This document shows, piece after piece, positions 8,834 to 17,343 of a DNA stretch of 64,000 nucleotides. The translations under genes were made by a program, and so were the position numbers. How positions within the stretch are numbered: position 1 is the stretch's first letter; each line of letters starts with the position of its first letter. A model generated the notes under the pieces. It was not told the origin of the DNA. It was given only the letters and a program-made list of their open reading frames with translations, and searched no databases. This DNA comes from Spirochaetales bacterium (GTDB taxonomy: Bacteria; Bacillota; Clostridia; Christensenellales; UBA1242): assembly GCA_050178795.1 (NCBI GenBank), contig JBFXFT010000006.1:315-64314 (forward strand). The letters run 5' to 3'.

Positions 8834-9821
8834 ATTTAATTCAACTCGTTTCATATTTGCACTTATATGTGCTATGTTGTTAATTTTTCCAATTTTAAGC
8901 AGTAATATTACGGCTTATGCGGAAGTCTATGTAAATTTATCTTACTATGAAACTGACACTTCATATACGATTGAAGCGACACCTAGTGAGGCAATACCAT
9001 ATTCCTATGAAATAGTTTTTGTGGTAAATGATTTAAGTATTGTTTCAATAAACGGCGAACTAACGGTTGAAAAAGACAATACTACCACTTTTACGGTTTA
9101 TTGCATAATTCGCGACACGAGTGAAACACCAACTTATAGCGATGTGCAATCTCAAACAATTACTATAACTCCAATAGATGGCGAGGATAATTTGCTTTTA
9201 TCGCCAGCGATGCAACTACTTTTTAAGACATTATTACCTTTAATTGTCCTTATTGTTTGTATAGTGCTTATAGTGCTTGGAATAAAAAAGAAGAAGTATT
9301 CACCATTCGGACACCTAGTTAGAAAATTAAAATCTGTTCAAAAAATTGATAAGGAAGTAGTCGCTTTATTTAAAGATGAAAAGGCGTCCTCAAAAATTAA
9401 ATCAAGGAAGTATCGCAAATTTTTAAAGACGGCAGACAAGGTTTCGTATAGTTGTATTTCAAAAATTATTCCAATAAACATAGAGAGTATGGGACAATAC
9501 AACTCCTTACTTGAAAACTTATTTAATTTAAACAATATTATTCAAGCCGGGGTCAGAACGTATTCTAAAACCAACATAAAACAAAAAGAGCGCGTAGTCA
9601 ATGAATTGCACCGCAATTTGCTACCTAACGCAATAATAAACGCTGAGGAAACAAATAGCGCCTGGGAAAAGCAATTATTGAAGACAGAAAAACAATTCGT
9701 TCAACAATCACTTTATAAAAAGACACTAGCTTCAGATAAAGACTATCAACAATTATTAAAGAAAACCGTCTTCTACCAAAACAATCAAAAACTTGAGGGC
9801 GACGACGGTCAAATGGAATAA
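8820..9821 (+). CDS. Hypothetical single-pass membrane protein (signal peptide, ~100-aa ectodomain, TM, ~170-aa cytoplasmic tail)
   Basis: Signal-like 'FIFALICAMLLIFPILSSNITAYA|E'. TM helix 'LLPLIVLIVCIVLIVLGI' followed by KKKK. The start overlaps the MscS stop by 14 nt. Confidence 0.55.
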   Translation: MQKNKFNSTRFIFALICAMLLIFPILSSNITAYAEVYVNLSYYETDTSYTIEATPSEAIPYSYEIVFVVNDLSIVSINGELTVEKDNTTTFTVYCIIRDTSETPTYSDVQSQTITITPIDGEDNLLLSPAMQLLFKTLLPLIVLIVCIVLIVLGIKKKKYSPFGHLVRKLKSVQKIDKEVVALFKDEKASSKIKSRKYRKFLKTADKVSYSCISKIIPINIESMGQYNSLLENLFNLNNIIQAGVRTYSKTNIKQKERVVNELHRNLLPNAIINAEETNSAWEKQLLKTEKQFVQQSLYKKTLASDKDYQQLLKKTVFYQNNQKLEGDDGQME

Positions 9822-9839
9822 AAATATAAAAGCTTTATA

Positions 9840-9870
9840 AAAAAGACAACATTTGTTTGTTGTCTTTTTA
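9840..9870. terminator. Bidirectional intrinsic terminator between convergent genes
   Basis: AGACAAC...GTTGTCT hairpin flanked by A and T runs. Confidence 0.75.
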
Positions 9871-9886
9871 ATTTTTTGTTTAAAAA

Positions 9887-11101
9887 CTATTTTTTGGTTG
9901 TTTGGGATAATTTTTTAAGGCAAAATTCAAGTTGTTTGTCTGAGCCATTTTTATAATCTTCAATTGAATTTTCAAATATTACATTTGGCATAATAACTAC
10001 GGTATTGCCAAAAACTTTTGTCATATCAAAAATGGTTTGCGAGGTTGTAAATGTGCCAAAGTCATCTATTTTAACACTGTAAGAACCGCCAAACCAAATG
10101 GGTGCATTGCCAGTAGCAGTACCGACGGTAATAAAGCCATTTTTTTGTAGCATTTCAGTCATTACAATTGACGCGCTCATAGTACCACCATTTACTAGAA
10201 TGTATCCACTTGTTTTCTTGTCAATTAATATTTGTGCTATGTGGCGAGATACTATGCTATGTCCGCCAAAATTTTCCCTCAAATCAATAATTACAAACTG
10301 TTCGTCTTTAATTAAAGCGTTTATGTCTTCATAAAATTGTTTTAGTAAATAATTTTCGTCTTGTTTAAACCTACAAATACTCATTCCAAAAATGTTTTCG
10401 GCAACTTGTTTAATTGAATAATAAGCACCTTTATTGTTTTCATTTTTAAAAATTAGTTGATTTTGATTAACAAAGTCCTTGGTTGAATAATATTTCACAC
10501 CGCCATAAATTTTATCTAAAGCAAGTCGCTCTGCCGCAAGTTCAACTTCACTAAAAATGTTACCGTTTTGCAATGAAAATATATAAGGGGGAGTAACGCC
10601 TACAATTCTTAGTATTTTTTCGCAAGACAAGTTTTTAATCGCCTCTGATTTAACATAGGCCACAGAATCTCCACTTGTTATTTTTTCTATTCTATCTACA
10701 ACTTCATCAATATCTAGACCATTAATTTTGATAACTTTATTAAATAATATGTCTTTATCTGTAAAGTTATTTGTAATGTAATACCCATAATTGTTATCCG
10801 CTTCGCTTTTTAAAAACTTTATTTGAAAGGGCAAACACCTATTGTCGTTAAACGACCAATAAGTATGCCCATCTTTAAATAGTTTTGTCAATTGCAATAT
10901 TAGTTTATAGATATTTAATTTGTTTTCAAAATCCACATTTTTTGATAATAGCACTACTTGTTTACACAACTCATCATAACCAATATTGTAATAAAAATCT
11001 TTAGTGTTTGTGCTACCTTTTTCAATTAGTTTAGATATTTCGTTTTTATGATTGGTGCTTAAAAAATTAAACATATCTATTATATCTTGTGCGTTTTTCA
11101 T
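9887..11101 (-). CDS. S41-family (tail-specific/C-terminal processing-like) peptidase, no signal peptide
   Basis: 'VIIDLRENFGGHS' resembles the S41 'DLRxNxGG' motif. 'NGGTMSASIVMTEML' matches the serine-nucleophile region. Confidence 0.6.
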   Translation of the reverse strand: MKNAQDIIDMFNFLSTNHKNEISKLIEKGSTNTKDFYYNIGYDELCKQVVLLSKNVDFENKLNIYKLILQLTKLFKDGHTYWSFNDNRCLPFQIKFLKSEADNNYGYYITNNFTDKDILFNKVIKINGLDIDEVVDRIEKITSGDSVAYVKSEAIKNLSCEKILRIVGVTPPYIFSLQNGNIFSEVELAAERLALDKIYGGVKYYSTKDFVNQNQLIFKNENNKGAYYSIKQVAENIFGMSICRFKQDENYLLKQFYEDINALIKDEQFVIIDLRENFGGHSIVSRHIAQILIDKKTSGYILVNGGTMSASIVMTEMLQKNGFITVGTATGNAPIWFGGSYSVKIDDFGTFTTSQTIFDMTKVFGNTVVIMPNVIFENSIEDYKNGSDKQLEFCLKKLSQTTKK

Positions 11102-11189
11102 AAGTGCTCCTTAAAAGAAAACTTAATTATTATACTTTTATTATTTTAGCATATTTTAGTCAAAAATGACAGCATTTTATTTGTCCTAG

Positions 11190-11227
11190 TTAATTAAAAC
11201 ACTAAACTATTAATTAAAACACTAAAC
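11190..11227. repeat. Two perfect 18-bp direct repeats at 20-bp period in a divergent promoter region
   Basis: TTAATTAAAACACTAAAC occurs at 11190-11207 and again at 11210-11227. Confidence 0.85.
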
Positions 11228-11327
11228 CAGGTATAAGTTATTAGTATTAGTTTGTTGAGGCAGAGGTATTGACATCGTGCCCTAATTTGATAAAATGCTA
11301 ATATATAAACATATTTGAGGTGTTGTT

Positions 11328-12029
11328 ATGTCAATTGATAAAAGTATTATTAAAAACATTAAAAATGATAGATTTAGGCTTATCTTTAAATTAGTGGAAA
11401 AAGATGAGCGTGCTTGTGAACTAGTAAACTATTTTTTTAAGGACTTTTTTTCTGACCCTGAATGTTTAAACGAAGTTAAAGAACAAATCAATAAAGAGCG
11501 AAGCGATGTTAGTTTTGCAAAAAATGTTATTTTAAATGGCAAGTTACGAATAAAACTTAATCAGTTTATTCCCAATCGCTTTGGTGGCGGAAGGGGAGAG
11601 CACTTAATGGGAGTAAGTTATGATGATGAGGGAAGCATTTCTCAAACCACTAGACTGTTTAATGAAAATGGTAGTTCTCTCGTTTTAAAAGTAAACAGTT
11701 TTGGCAACGATTTAGACCTTAAAAAATTTGCCGATCAACACTATAGTTGGCACATTTTTATGACGCATAAAGAAAAGACAAAGACAGAAGTTTTTTCTTT
11801 AGATTTTAAAGACGACAAAGTTTATTTGTTGACTGCAAGCCACATACCTTATAGGAATGAAACTGGTTCAGGCAGCAATAGACAAGAAGCAAAATCCTAT
11901 ATCGGCACTATGGAAGAGGTTCAAGAGTTGTTTTCTCATTTAAAGCACACCGAGTCTAGATATTCCGATTTAGACTATAAAAACAGTTTTGCAAAATATC
12001 ACTCAAGTGAAATTACGACTGATAGATAA
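11328..12029 (+). CDS. Hypothetical protein
   Basis: 233-aa ORF. Promoter TTGACA-16-TAAAAT lies about 60 nt upstream, RBS GAGGTG precedes the start, and a terminator hairpin follows the gene. No family was recognised. Confidence 0.5.
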   Translation: MSIDKSIIKNIKNDRFRLIFKLVEKDERACELVNYFFKDFFSDPECLNEVKEQINKERSDVSFAKNVILNGKLRIKLNQFIPNRFGGGRGEHLMGVSYDDEGSISQTTRLFNENGSSLVLKVNSFGNDLDLKKFADQHYSWHIFMTHKEKTKTEVFSLDFKDDKVYLLTASHIPYRNETGSGSNRQEAKSYIGTMEEVQELFSHLKHTESRYSDLDYKNSFAKYHSSEITTDR

Positions 12030-12154
12030 ATGTAAAGCGCAAAAAACTGCTTATAGGGGCAGTTTTTTTGTGCTTAAAACTAGTTTTTGATATACACTTT
12101 ATATATTTACTTTAAGCCGTATTTATGTTAAAATAAAACATAGGGGTTTTAAAA

Positions 12155-12700
12155 ATGAGTGACAAAAAAGATTTTTATATATTTTTAGATCACGATGGTG
12201 TATTTAATTTTTGGAGATGGATAATTAGTGCAAAAGAGCATAAACTAGGAGAGAAAGGTTTTTCTTATGAGTTTTGCCCTGCCAACCTTAAAGTTTTTAA
12301 TAAGATTTTGCAAACATTGAGGGAAAATAATTTTAACCCCAAAATTGTTATAACCTCAGGTAGAAGAGACGAGAAGATGCAAGAGTTTGTAAGTAATTTT
12401 AAAAAGTTTGGCATCGATTACGACGGCGAATACGATAGAACAGGTGGAACACAACTTTATAAAATGTATGAAATTGCCACCTATGCAGGTAGACACAATA
12501 TTGGCATGAATGATAGCTTTGTAATAATAGATGATGAGGTTAACGAAATGAGAAGACACTATGACCTTGACCCATCTCACTTTTTGCAAACCTCTGGATT
12601 AAGTGGCAGAGGATTAAATTATAAAGACTTTTTAAGGTTCAAAGAAGACAACTTGCCAAAAATAATGGCACTGTCTAGTGAAAAGGAAAACACTTTGTAA
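12155..12700 (+). CDS. HAD-like hydrolase fold protein (HAD_SAK-like)
   Basis: Motif I-like 'IFLDHDGVFN' (DxDGV), motif II-like 'IVITSGRR', and an acidic motif 'VIIDDE'. Confidence 0.4.
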   Translation: MSDKKDFYIFLDHDGVFNFWRWIISAKEHKLGEKGFSYEFCPANLKVFNKILQTLRENNFNPKIVITSGRRDEKMQEFVSNFKKFGIDYDGEYDRTGGTQLYKMYEIATYAGRHNIGMNDSFVIIDDEVNEMRRHYDLDPSHFLQTSGLSGRGLNYKDFLRFKEDNLPKIMALSSEKENTL

Positions 12701-12729
12701 TAAAATTTGTTTAATTTACATTCTAAACA

Positions 12730-12758
12730 TTGACAATAACTCTTTAAAATGTTATTAT
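12730..12758 (+). promoter_or_regulatory. Sigma-A promoter with extended -10 and a ~100-nt leader for the zinc-ribbon gene
   Basis: TTGACA (12730-12735), a 17-nt spacer ending in TGT, then TATTAT (12753-12758). Confidence 0.55.
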
Positions 12759-12860
12759 TTAACAGCAATTAAGTGTTGCAAAAAATTTGGGAATCCACAA
12801 AACTTTATTTAACCATTTTGTCTTTTGTGTTATCCAAAAAATTTTAATAGGAGGACCACC

Positions 12861-13016
12861 ATGGAAGACAAAACTTTAAAATGCAAAGACTGCGGTAAAG
12901 AGTTTGTTTGGACAGTTGGAGAGCAAGAATTCTACAAAGAAAAAGGCTTTGAAAACGAACCAACAAGATGCCCTGACTGCAGAAGAGCAAGAAAACAACA
13001 AAGAAATAGATATTAA
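12861..13016 (+). CDS. Small zinc-ribbon protein (CxxC...CxxC, 'probable zinc-ribbon' family)
   Basis: 'LKCKDCGKEFVWTVGEQEFYKEKGFENEPTRCPDCRRARK'. RBS TAGGAGG lies 6 nt before the ATG at 12861, so the ORF-track TTG start at 12825 is unlikely. Confidence 0.7.
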   Translation: MEDKTLKCKDCGKEFVWTVGEQEFYKEKGFENEPTRCPDCRRARKQQRNRY

Positions 13017-13082
13017 TTTGTTGTAAAAAAACATGGAAAAAAACCTAAGCGTTTGCTTAGGTTTTTTGTTTGCGATGAGTAT

Positions 13083-13727
13083 TTAATTTTGTTTATTTTG
13101 CCACTTTAATTGCTGTTTCTTTTTTAGGTATGCAAACGCACTATGAATAAGGAACAATAGTACAGCACAAGCTAGTAAAATTAAACCATATTCATATACG
13201 CTTATATCAAACTGTGAATTAAAGATAGGATATATATAACTGCCTTCTATTGCACCGTATGTAAGCAAGAACACCAAGTAAGCGAGCACAAAACCGATAG
13301 CCGTAAAAAAGTTATAGTAGTTGACATTTTTTTGCTCCACAGAAAAATATATTATCGTGAAGGCAACAGGATTAACCCAATGTATTAGTCCTTGTGTAAA
13401 AAAATTCATTGAAAAAAACTCAAAAATATGAACTTCCCAAAATGGCCATAACGTCAATCTAACAACTAAAAACATTAATATTAACGATAAAAGCATTGAA
13501 CTCATCGTTATTCCAGAAAAAACATATTTTTTTAGTTTGAATAGAAATAATAATGATGCTGCCGCCAAAAAAGAGTAGATTGCAAAAGCTGTAGTGAGTA
13601 GTACAGTAAAGTACTTAAAATCAAGTATTGCAATGACTGAAATTGTTGAAAGTATGCCGAGAGTCATAAATATGATGGCTAACAATAAATCTTTTACTGT
13701 TACATTTTTATAAACTAATTTTTTCAT
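13083..13727 (-). CDS. Hypothetical polytopic membrane protein (~6 TM)
   Basis: Hydrophobic segments run throughout, with a basic C-terminus. Confidence 0.55.
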   Translation of the reverse strand: MKKLVYKNVTVKDLLLAIIFMTLGILSTISVIAILDFKYFTVLLTTAFAIYSFLAAASLLFLFKLKKYVFSGITMSSMLLSLILMFLVVRLTLWPFWEVHIFEFFSMNFFTQGLIHWVNPVAFTIIYFSVEQKNVNYYNFFTAIGFVLAYLVFLLTYGAIEGSYIYPIFNSQFDISVYEYGLILLACAVLLFLIHSAFAYLKKKQQLKWQNKQN

Positions 13728-13739
13728 ATTTGCTCCTTT

Positions 13740-14231
13740 TTAAATTAAAGTATAGATATTTCCAAGTGCATTAATGGTATGTGTTTTGTAATCATAGTAA
13801 AAGTTGATTATATTCATTTCGTTATCTGGCAAAATAGTTATTTCTATTCGTCCGCTTTTTGTAAAGTAAATGAAGTTTGTAAAAGGGGAAGACATTCTTT
13901 CAATAAAGGCTATTTGTTCTTCGTCTGATAGTTCATATATCAACTTAAATTCTTCCGAATAAAAAATTTCAATATTAAAGAAGGTAATGTCGTCCCTATT
14001 TGTTATTTCTAGGTAACTTGATTCGTTGGGATTGTAGGCATACCCATTTAAGTTTTCATTAGCCGTAATGGTTGAGGAACTATTTGAGGTTAAAATGTAA
14101 GTGCCATTTTTCACCTCTTTTATTGCCCTTAAATCTTCAGTGAATATTAAAACATTAATTGCTAGAAATATTAAAATAATACAAACAATTATTGACATTT
14201 TATGTATTTTTAAAAATTCTTCTTTTTTCAT
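13740..14231 (-). CDS. Hypothetical membrane-anchored protein
   Basis: N-terminal TM helix 'MSIIVCIILIFLAINVLIF'. The gene is tightly spaced with its neighbours. Confidence 0.5.
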   Translation of the reverse strand: MKKEEFLKIHKMSIIVCIILIFLAINVLIFTEDLRAIKEVKNGTYILTSNSSSTITANENLNGYAYNPNESSYLEITNRDDITFFNIEIFYSEEFKLIYELSDEEQIAFIERMSSPFTNFIYFTKSGRIEITILPDNEMNIINFYYDYKTHTINALGNIYTLI

Positions 14232-14240
14232 TTAACACCT

Positions 14241-15932
14241 TTATTTTTTACCTTTTTTTATATAGTCATTAAATTCATTTAATAGCGTCTTAAACTCTTT
14301 TGGTAAGAAACTGTTGGCCCTTTTTAATATGTCGCTGTCAATGGTTTTGTAATAGGCTTCGCTTATGCTAGCCGTTATTGTCGCTATTGTGTCGGAGTCG
14401 CCACCAAAAGATATGGCTATTCTTAAAGCGTCTTCAAAACTTGTTGAGTGTAAAAACGAGATGAGTGATGGGCGCACAGTTTCAAGCGCTTCGGTTGTAA
14501 ATTTATAGTTTGCCCTATATGTCTCTATGTCCTCGTCCAGGTTCATATTATAGTTTGCGGTAACGTACTTTTTTAACTCTTCTTTTGAATAGCCGTTTTT
14601 TAATAAATATATGCTAATTGCAACAATCTCGGCACCCATTATTGCAGTTTTTGTGTCGTGCGCAGGTCTAATAGCGGTAAACGTTAAATTTTTTACCTCT
14701 TCAATGTTCTTTGCAAAATAGCCTATTGGGCTAGCAGACATTGCACCACCATTGCCTTCACTTTTTCTAAATGTTTTTGCACCATCTTCCGCCCACTTTG
14801 CAAAGTGCGGACCATAAATTGTCGGCGTTTGGTCTGGGTACTTTTTGTAGTACTTTCTTATTATGTCAAACATCTCTTCTGAAGTATGCTTTGTGTGAAG
14901 TAGCCAGTCAATAACGGCAAAAGTTAAAATAGTGTCGTCAGAAAAACCGCTTCTATTAGTAAAGAGTTCAAAATTTGTACTTTTTTTATTGTACCTTGAG
15001 TTTTCGTGTGCGTATGAACTTCCTATTATGTCTCCAATGTAAAAACCGTTCATTGTGTTTTCTTTTTGTTCTAGGTAATCCAAAAATTTTTTGCCAGCGA
15101 ATGGAAGTGAATAAAATTTATTGGTAACGAGTTCAATTTTGGATTTTGGCAAAGGTTTATCAAGTTTTAAGGCGTTTAAATTTTCTATTTTTAAATATTC
15201 TGGCGCAAAGGTTATTCCAAAACCAATTTTGGCTAGTTCAACTGCAAGTTCTTGGCTTACAACTTCCATAGTTGGTTCAAGTTTTACATTATGTTTTAAA
15301 CAAAAGTCGTCTAAAAACCGTCTACTGTTAGAGGCCTTGTTTTGTAAAATTAGTGGCATATTTTGTATGTCAGTTAGTGAATATGTATCATTATAATTAA
15401 AATATTTATTTGAGTATAAAAACATATTTGTTACTTCTCTTAGTGTTGTCACACTAAATGAAGCGTTGTCGCCTTCGCCCTCGTTCATAATTACAAAGTC
15501 AAGGTTGCCCTTTTCAAGGTCTAAAAGTAGGTTTTTGGTAAGGTCATTTTTTATTTCAAATTTAATATAGGGGTACTCTTTGTGGAACGCTTGCATAGGC
15601 TTTAGTAGTACAAATTTTGCAAGGGTAGTAGAGGTACCTATTTTTATTTTTCCGCTTTTTAATTCTTTAAAGTTGTTAAATTCAATGGTCGCATTTGTGA
15701 CAAGATTTAAAGCGCCCTTTATGTAGTTATAAAAAACTTTGCCCTCATCTGTTAAAACTAGCCCCTTATTTGAACGTAAAAACAATGTTCCGCCAATTTG
15801 TTCTTCTAATTTTTTAATGGACTGACTTACCGCAGGTTGAGATATAAAAAGTTTTTCTGCCGCTTTGGAAACATTTTGCTCCTCTGCGACTTCATAAAAG
15901 ATTTTACATAGTTCTAAGTTTATATTTACCAT
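14241..15932 (-). CDS. LysR-type transcriptional regulator fused in frame to an ADP-ribosylglycohydrolase (ARH/DraG-like) domain
   Basis: aa 1-293 form a LysR HTH ('VSKAAEKLFISQPAVSQSIKKLEEQIGGTLFLR') plus a substrate-binding domain. aa 294-563 carry ARH motifs: 'GDIIGSSYAHE', 'SDDT', 'GNGGAMSASP' and 'GGDSDTIATITASISEA'. No stop codon occurs at the junction (internal ATG at 15051-15053), and no SD precedes that ATG. Confidence 0.8.
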   Translation of the reverse strand: MVNINLELCKIFYEVAEEQNVSKAAEKLFISQPAVSQSIKKLEEQIGGTLFLRSNKGLVLTDEGKVFYNYIKGALNLVTNATIEFNNFKELKSGKIKIGTSTTLAKFVLLKPMQAFHKEYPYIKFEIKNDLTKNLLLDLEKGNLDFVIMNEGEGDNASFSVTTLREVTNMFLYSNKYFNYNDTYSLTDIQNMPLILQNKASNSRRFLDDFCLKHNVKLEPTMEVVSQELAVELAKIGFGITFAPEYLKIENLNALKLDKPLPKSKIELVTNKFYSLPFAGKKFLDYLEQKENTMNGFYIGDIIGSSYAHENSRYNKKSTNFELFTNRSGFSDDTILTFAVIDWLLHTKHTSEEMFDIIRKYYKKYPDQTPTIYGPHFAKWAEDGAKTFRKSEGNGGAMSASPIGYFAKNIEEVKNLTFTAIRPAHDTKTAIMGAEIVAISIYLLKNGYSKEELKKYVTANYNMNLDEDIETYRANYKFTTEALETVRPSLISFLHSTSFEDALRIAISFGGDSDTIATITASISEAYYKTIDSDILKRANSFLPKEFKTLLNEFNDYIKKGKK

Positions 15933-15945
15933 AACTACACCTTAT

Positions 15946-16010
15946 ATAGTGTATAAACACTATCTATTTTACTTATAGTCAATAATACAATAAAATGTAA
16001 CTATAAGTAA
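15946..16010. promoter_or_regulatory. Dyad symmetries in the LysR-ARH / coaC divergent intergenic region
   Basis: ATAGTG-n6-CACTAT at 15946-15963. TTACTTATAGT (15969-15979) pairs with ACTATAAGTAA (16000-16010), an 11-bp perfect inverted repeat. These arms bracket a putative TTACTT-16-TAAAAT promoter for coaC. Confidence 0.5.
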
Positions 16011-16048
16011 AGCAATTTAAAATTTATTTTAAAAAATGGAGGTGTATT

Positions 16049-16600
16049 ATGAGTTTAAAAAATAAAAACATATTGATTGGTGTAAGTGGTGGAATAGCCG
16101 CCTATAAAGTTGCTACTTTTATAGGTATGTTAAAAAAAGAGGGCGCAAATGTAAAGGCAATAATGACAAAAAATGCAACAGAGTTTATTGCCCCTTTAAC
16201 GCTCTCCTCTCTTTCACAAAACAAGGTGATTGTAGATATGTTTGATAAGGTGACGCAATACGACACGGAGCACATTACTTTAAGTAAGTGGGCTGACCTA
16301 CTTGTAGTAATTCCAGCAACAGCGAACATAATTGGTAAAATTGCAAGCGGAATAGCGGACGATATGCTTTCTACCACCATTATGGCGAGTAGGGCACAAG
16401 TATTAATTGCGCCAGCGATGAATACAAATATGTTTGAAAACAAAATAGTGCAAGATAACATACAAAAACTTATTAAATTTGACTATAAGTTTGTAATGCC
16501 ACAAAAGGGAATGCTCGCTTGTGGGGACGAAGGGGTCGGTAAACTCGCATCACTTGAAGAGGTACTAAGTATGGTAAAAGAATTAGTAGGGGGTAAATAG
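16049..16600 (+). CDS. coaC: Phosphopantothenoylcysteine decarboxylase (flavoprotein)
   Basis: 'ILIGVSGGIAAYKV', 'PATANIIGKIASGIADDMLST' and 'APAMNTNMF'. RBS GGAGG precedes the start. Confidence 0.9.
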   Translation: MSLKNKNILIGVSGGIAAYKVATFIGMLKKEGANVKAIMTKNATEFIAPLTLSSLSQNKVIVDMFDKVTQYDTEHITLSKWADLLVVIPATANIIGKIASGIADDMLSTTIMASRAQVLIAPAMNTNMFENKIVQDNIQKLIKFDYKFVMPQKGMLACGDEGVGKLASLEEVLSMVKELVGGK

Positions 16601-16601
16601 T

Positions 16602-17342
16602 ATGAATGTTGTAATAACCTCTGGCGGTACGAGTGAAAAGATTGACGATGTGCGCAAAATTACAAATAGATCAAGTGGCAAACTTGGTTCAATAATAGCA
16701 AGTACGCTTTTAACTGACAAAGACCTACAAATTGAAAACCTATTTTATATATGCTCTAAAACCGCCCTAAAGCCAACTGGCAATAAAGCCCACATAATTG
16801 TTGTAGAAAGTGCAAATAGTGTCTTAGAAGCGGTTAAAACGGTTTTAAAGGACAATAAAATAGATGTTTTTATTCACACTATGGCAGTTTCCGATTACAC
16901 GGTGCAATATGTCTCAACCAGTGGGCTACTTGCCGAGTATATAGAAAAAAATGTTAATAGAGAGCCAATAAAATATTTAATTGATAATAACCAAAATAAA
17001 CTTGCAGTAAACACAAAGATTTCTTCAAACGAAGATGATTTAATAATAAAACTGAAAAAGACGCCTAAAATAATATCTCAAATAAAACTAATAAGCCCAA
17101 ATACCTTTTTAATTGGCTTTAAACTTTTAAACGATGTGCCATTTGAGGAGCTAAAAAATAGGGCACTTGAACTTATGGCAAAAAACAGTTGTGACTTGGT
17201 TGTAGGTAACGATTTAAGCAATATAACAAAATATAGACACTTAGCAACAATTTTTGACACTATGGGTAACGAGTTATTTTGCAAAACCAAGAAGCAAATT
17301 GCAGAGACACTAACTTTAAAAATAAAAAATATGAGGTGGTAA
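16602..17342 (+). CDS. coaB: Phosphopantothenate--cysteine ligase
   Basis: 'VITSGGTSEKIDDVRKITNRSSGKLG'. The start lies 1 nt after the coaC stop. Confidence 0.85.
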   Translation: MNVVITSGGTSEKIDDVRKITNRSSGKLGSIIASTLLTDKDLQIENLFYICSKTALKPTGNKAHIIVVESANSVLEAVKTVLKDNKIDVFIHTMAVSDYTVQYVSTSGLLAEYIEKNVNREPIKYLIDNNQNKLAVNTKISSNEDDLIIKLKKTPKIISQIKLISPNTFLIGFKLLNDVPFEELKNRALELMAKNSCDLVVGNDLSNITKYRHLATIFDTMGNELFCKTKKQIAETLTLKIKNMRW

Positions 17343-17343
17343 T

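Noticed and set aside
8440-8854. Two long minus-strand ORFs (107 and 129 aa)
   Set aside because: They are antisense to the low-complexity Lys/Pro/Thr tail of MscS. The repetitive composition keeps the opposite frames open. Their products are Cys/Phe-rich nonsense.
16049-17342. coaC and coaB as a disrupted coaBC pseudogene
   Set aside because: Both ORFs are complete, with their own start codon or RBS. Separate coaC and coaB genes are the normal arrangement in some Firmicutes, such as streptococci and enterococci.
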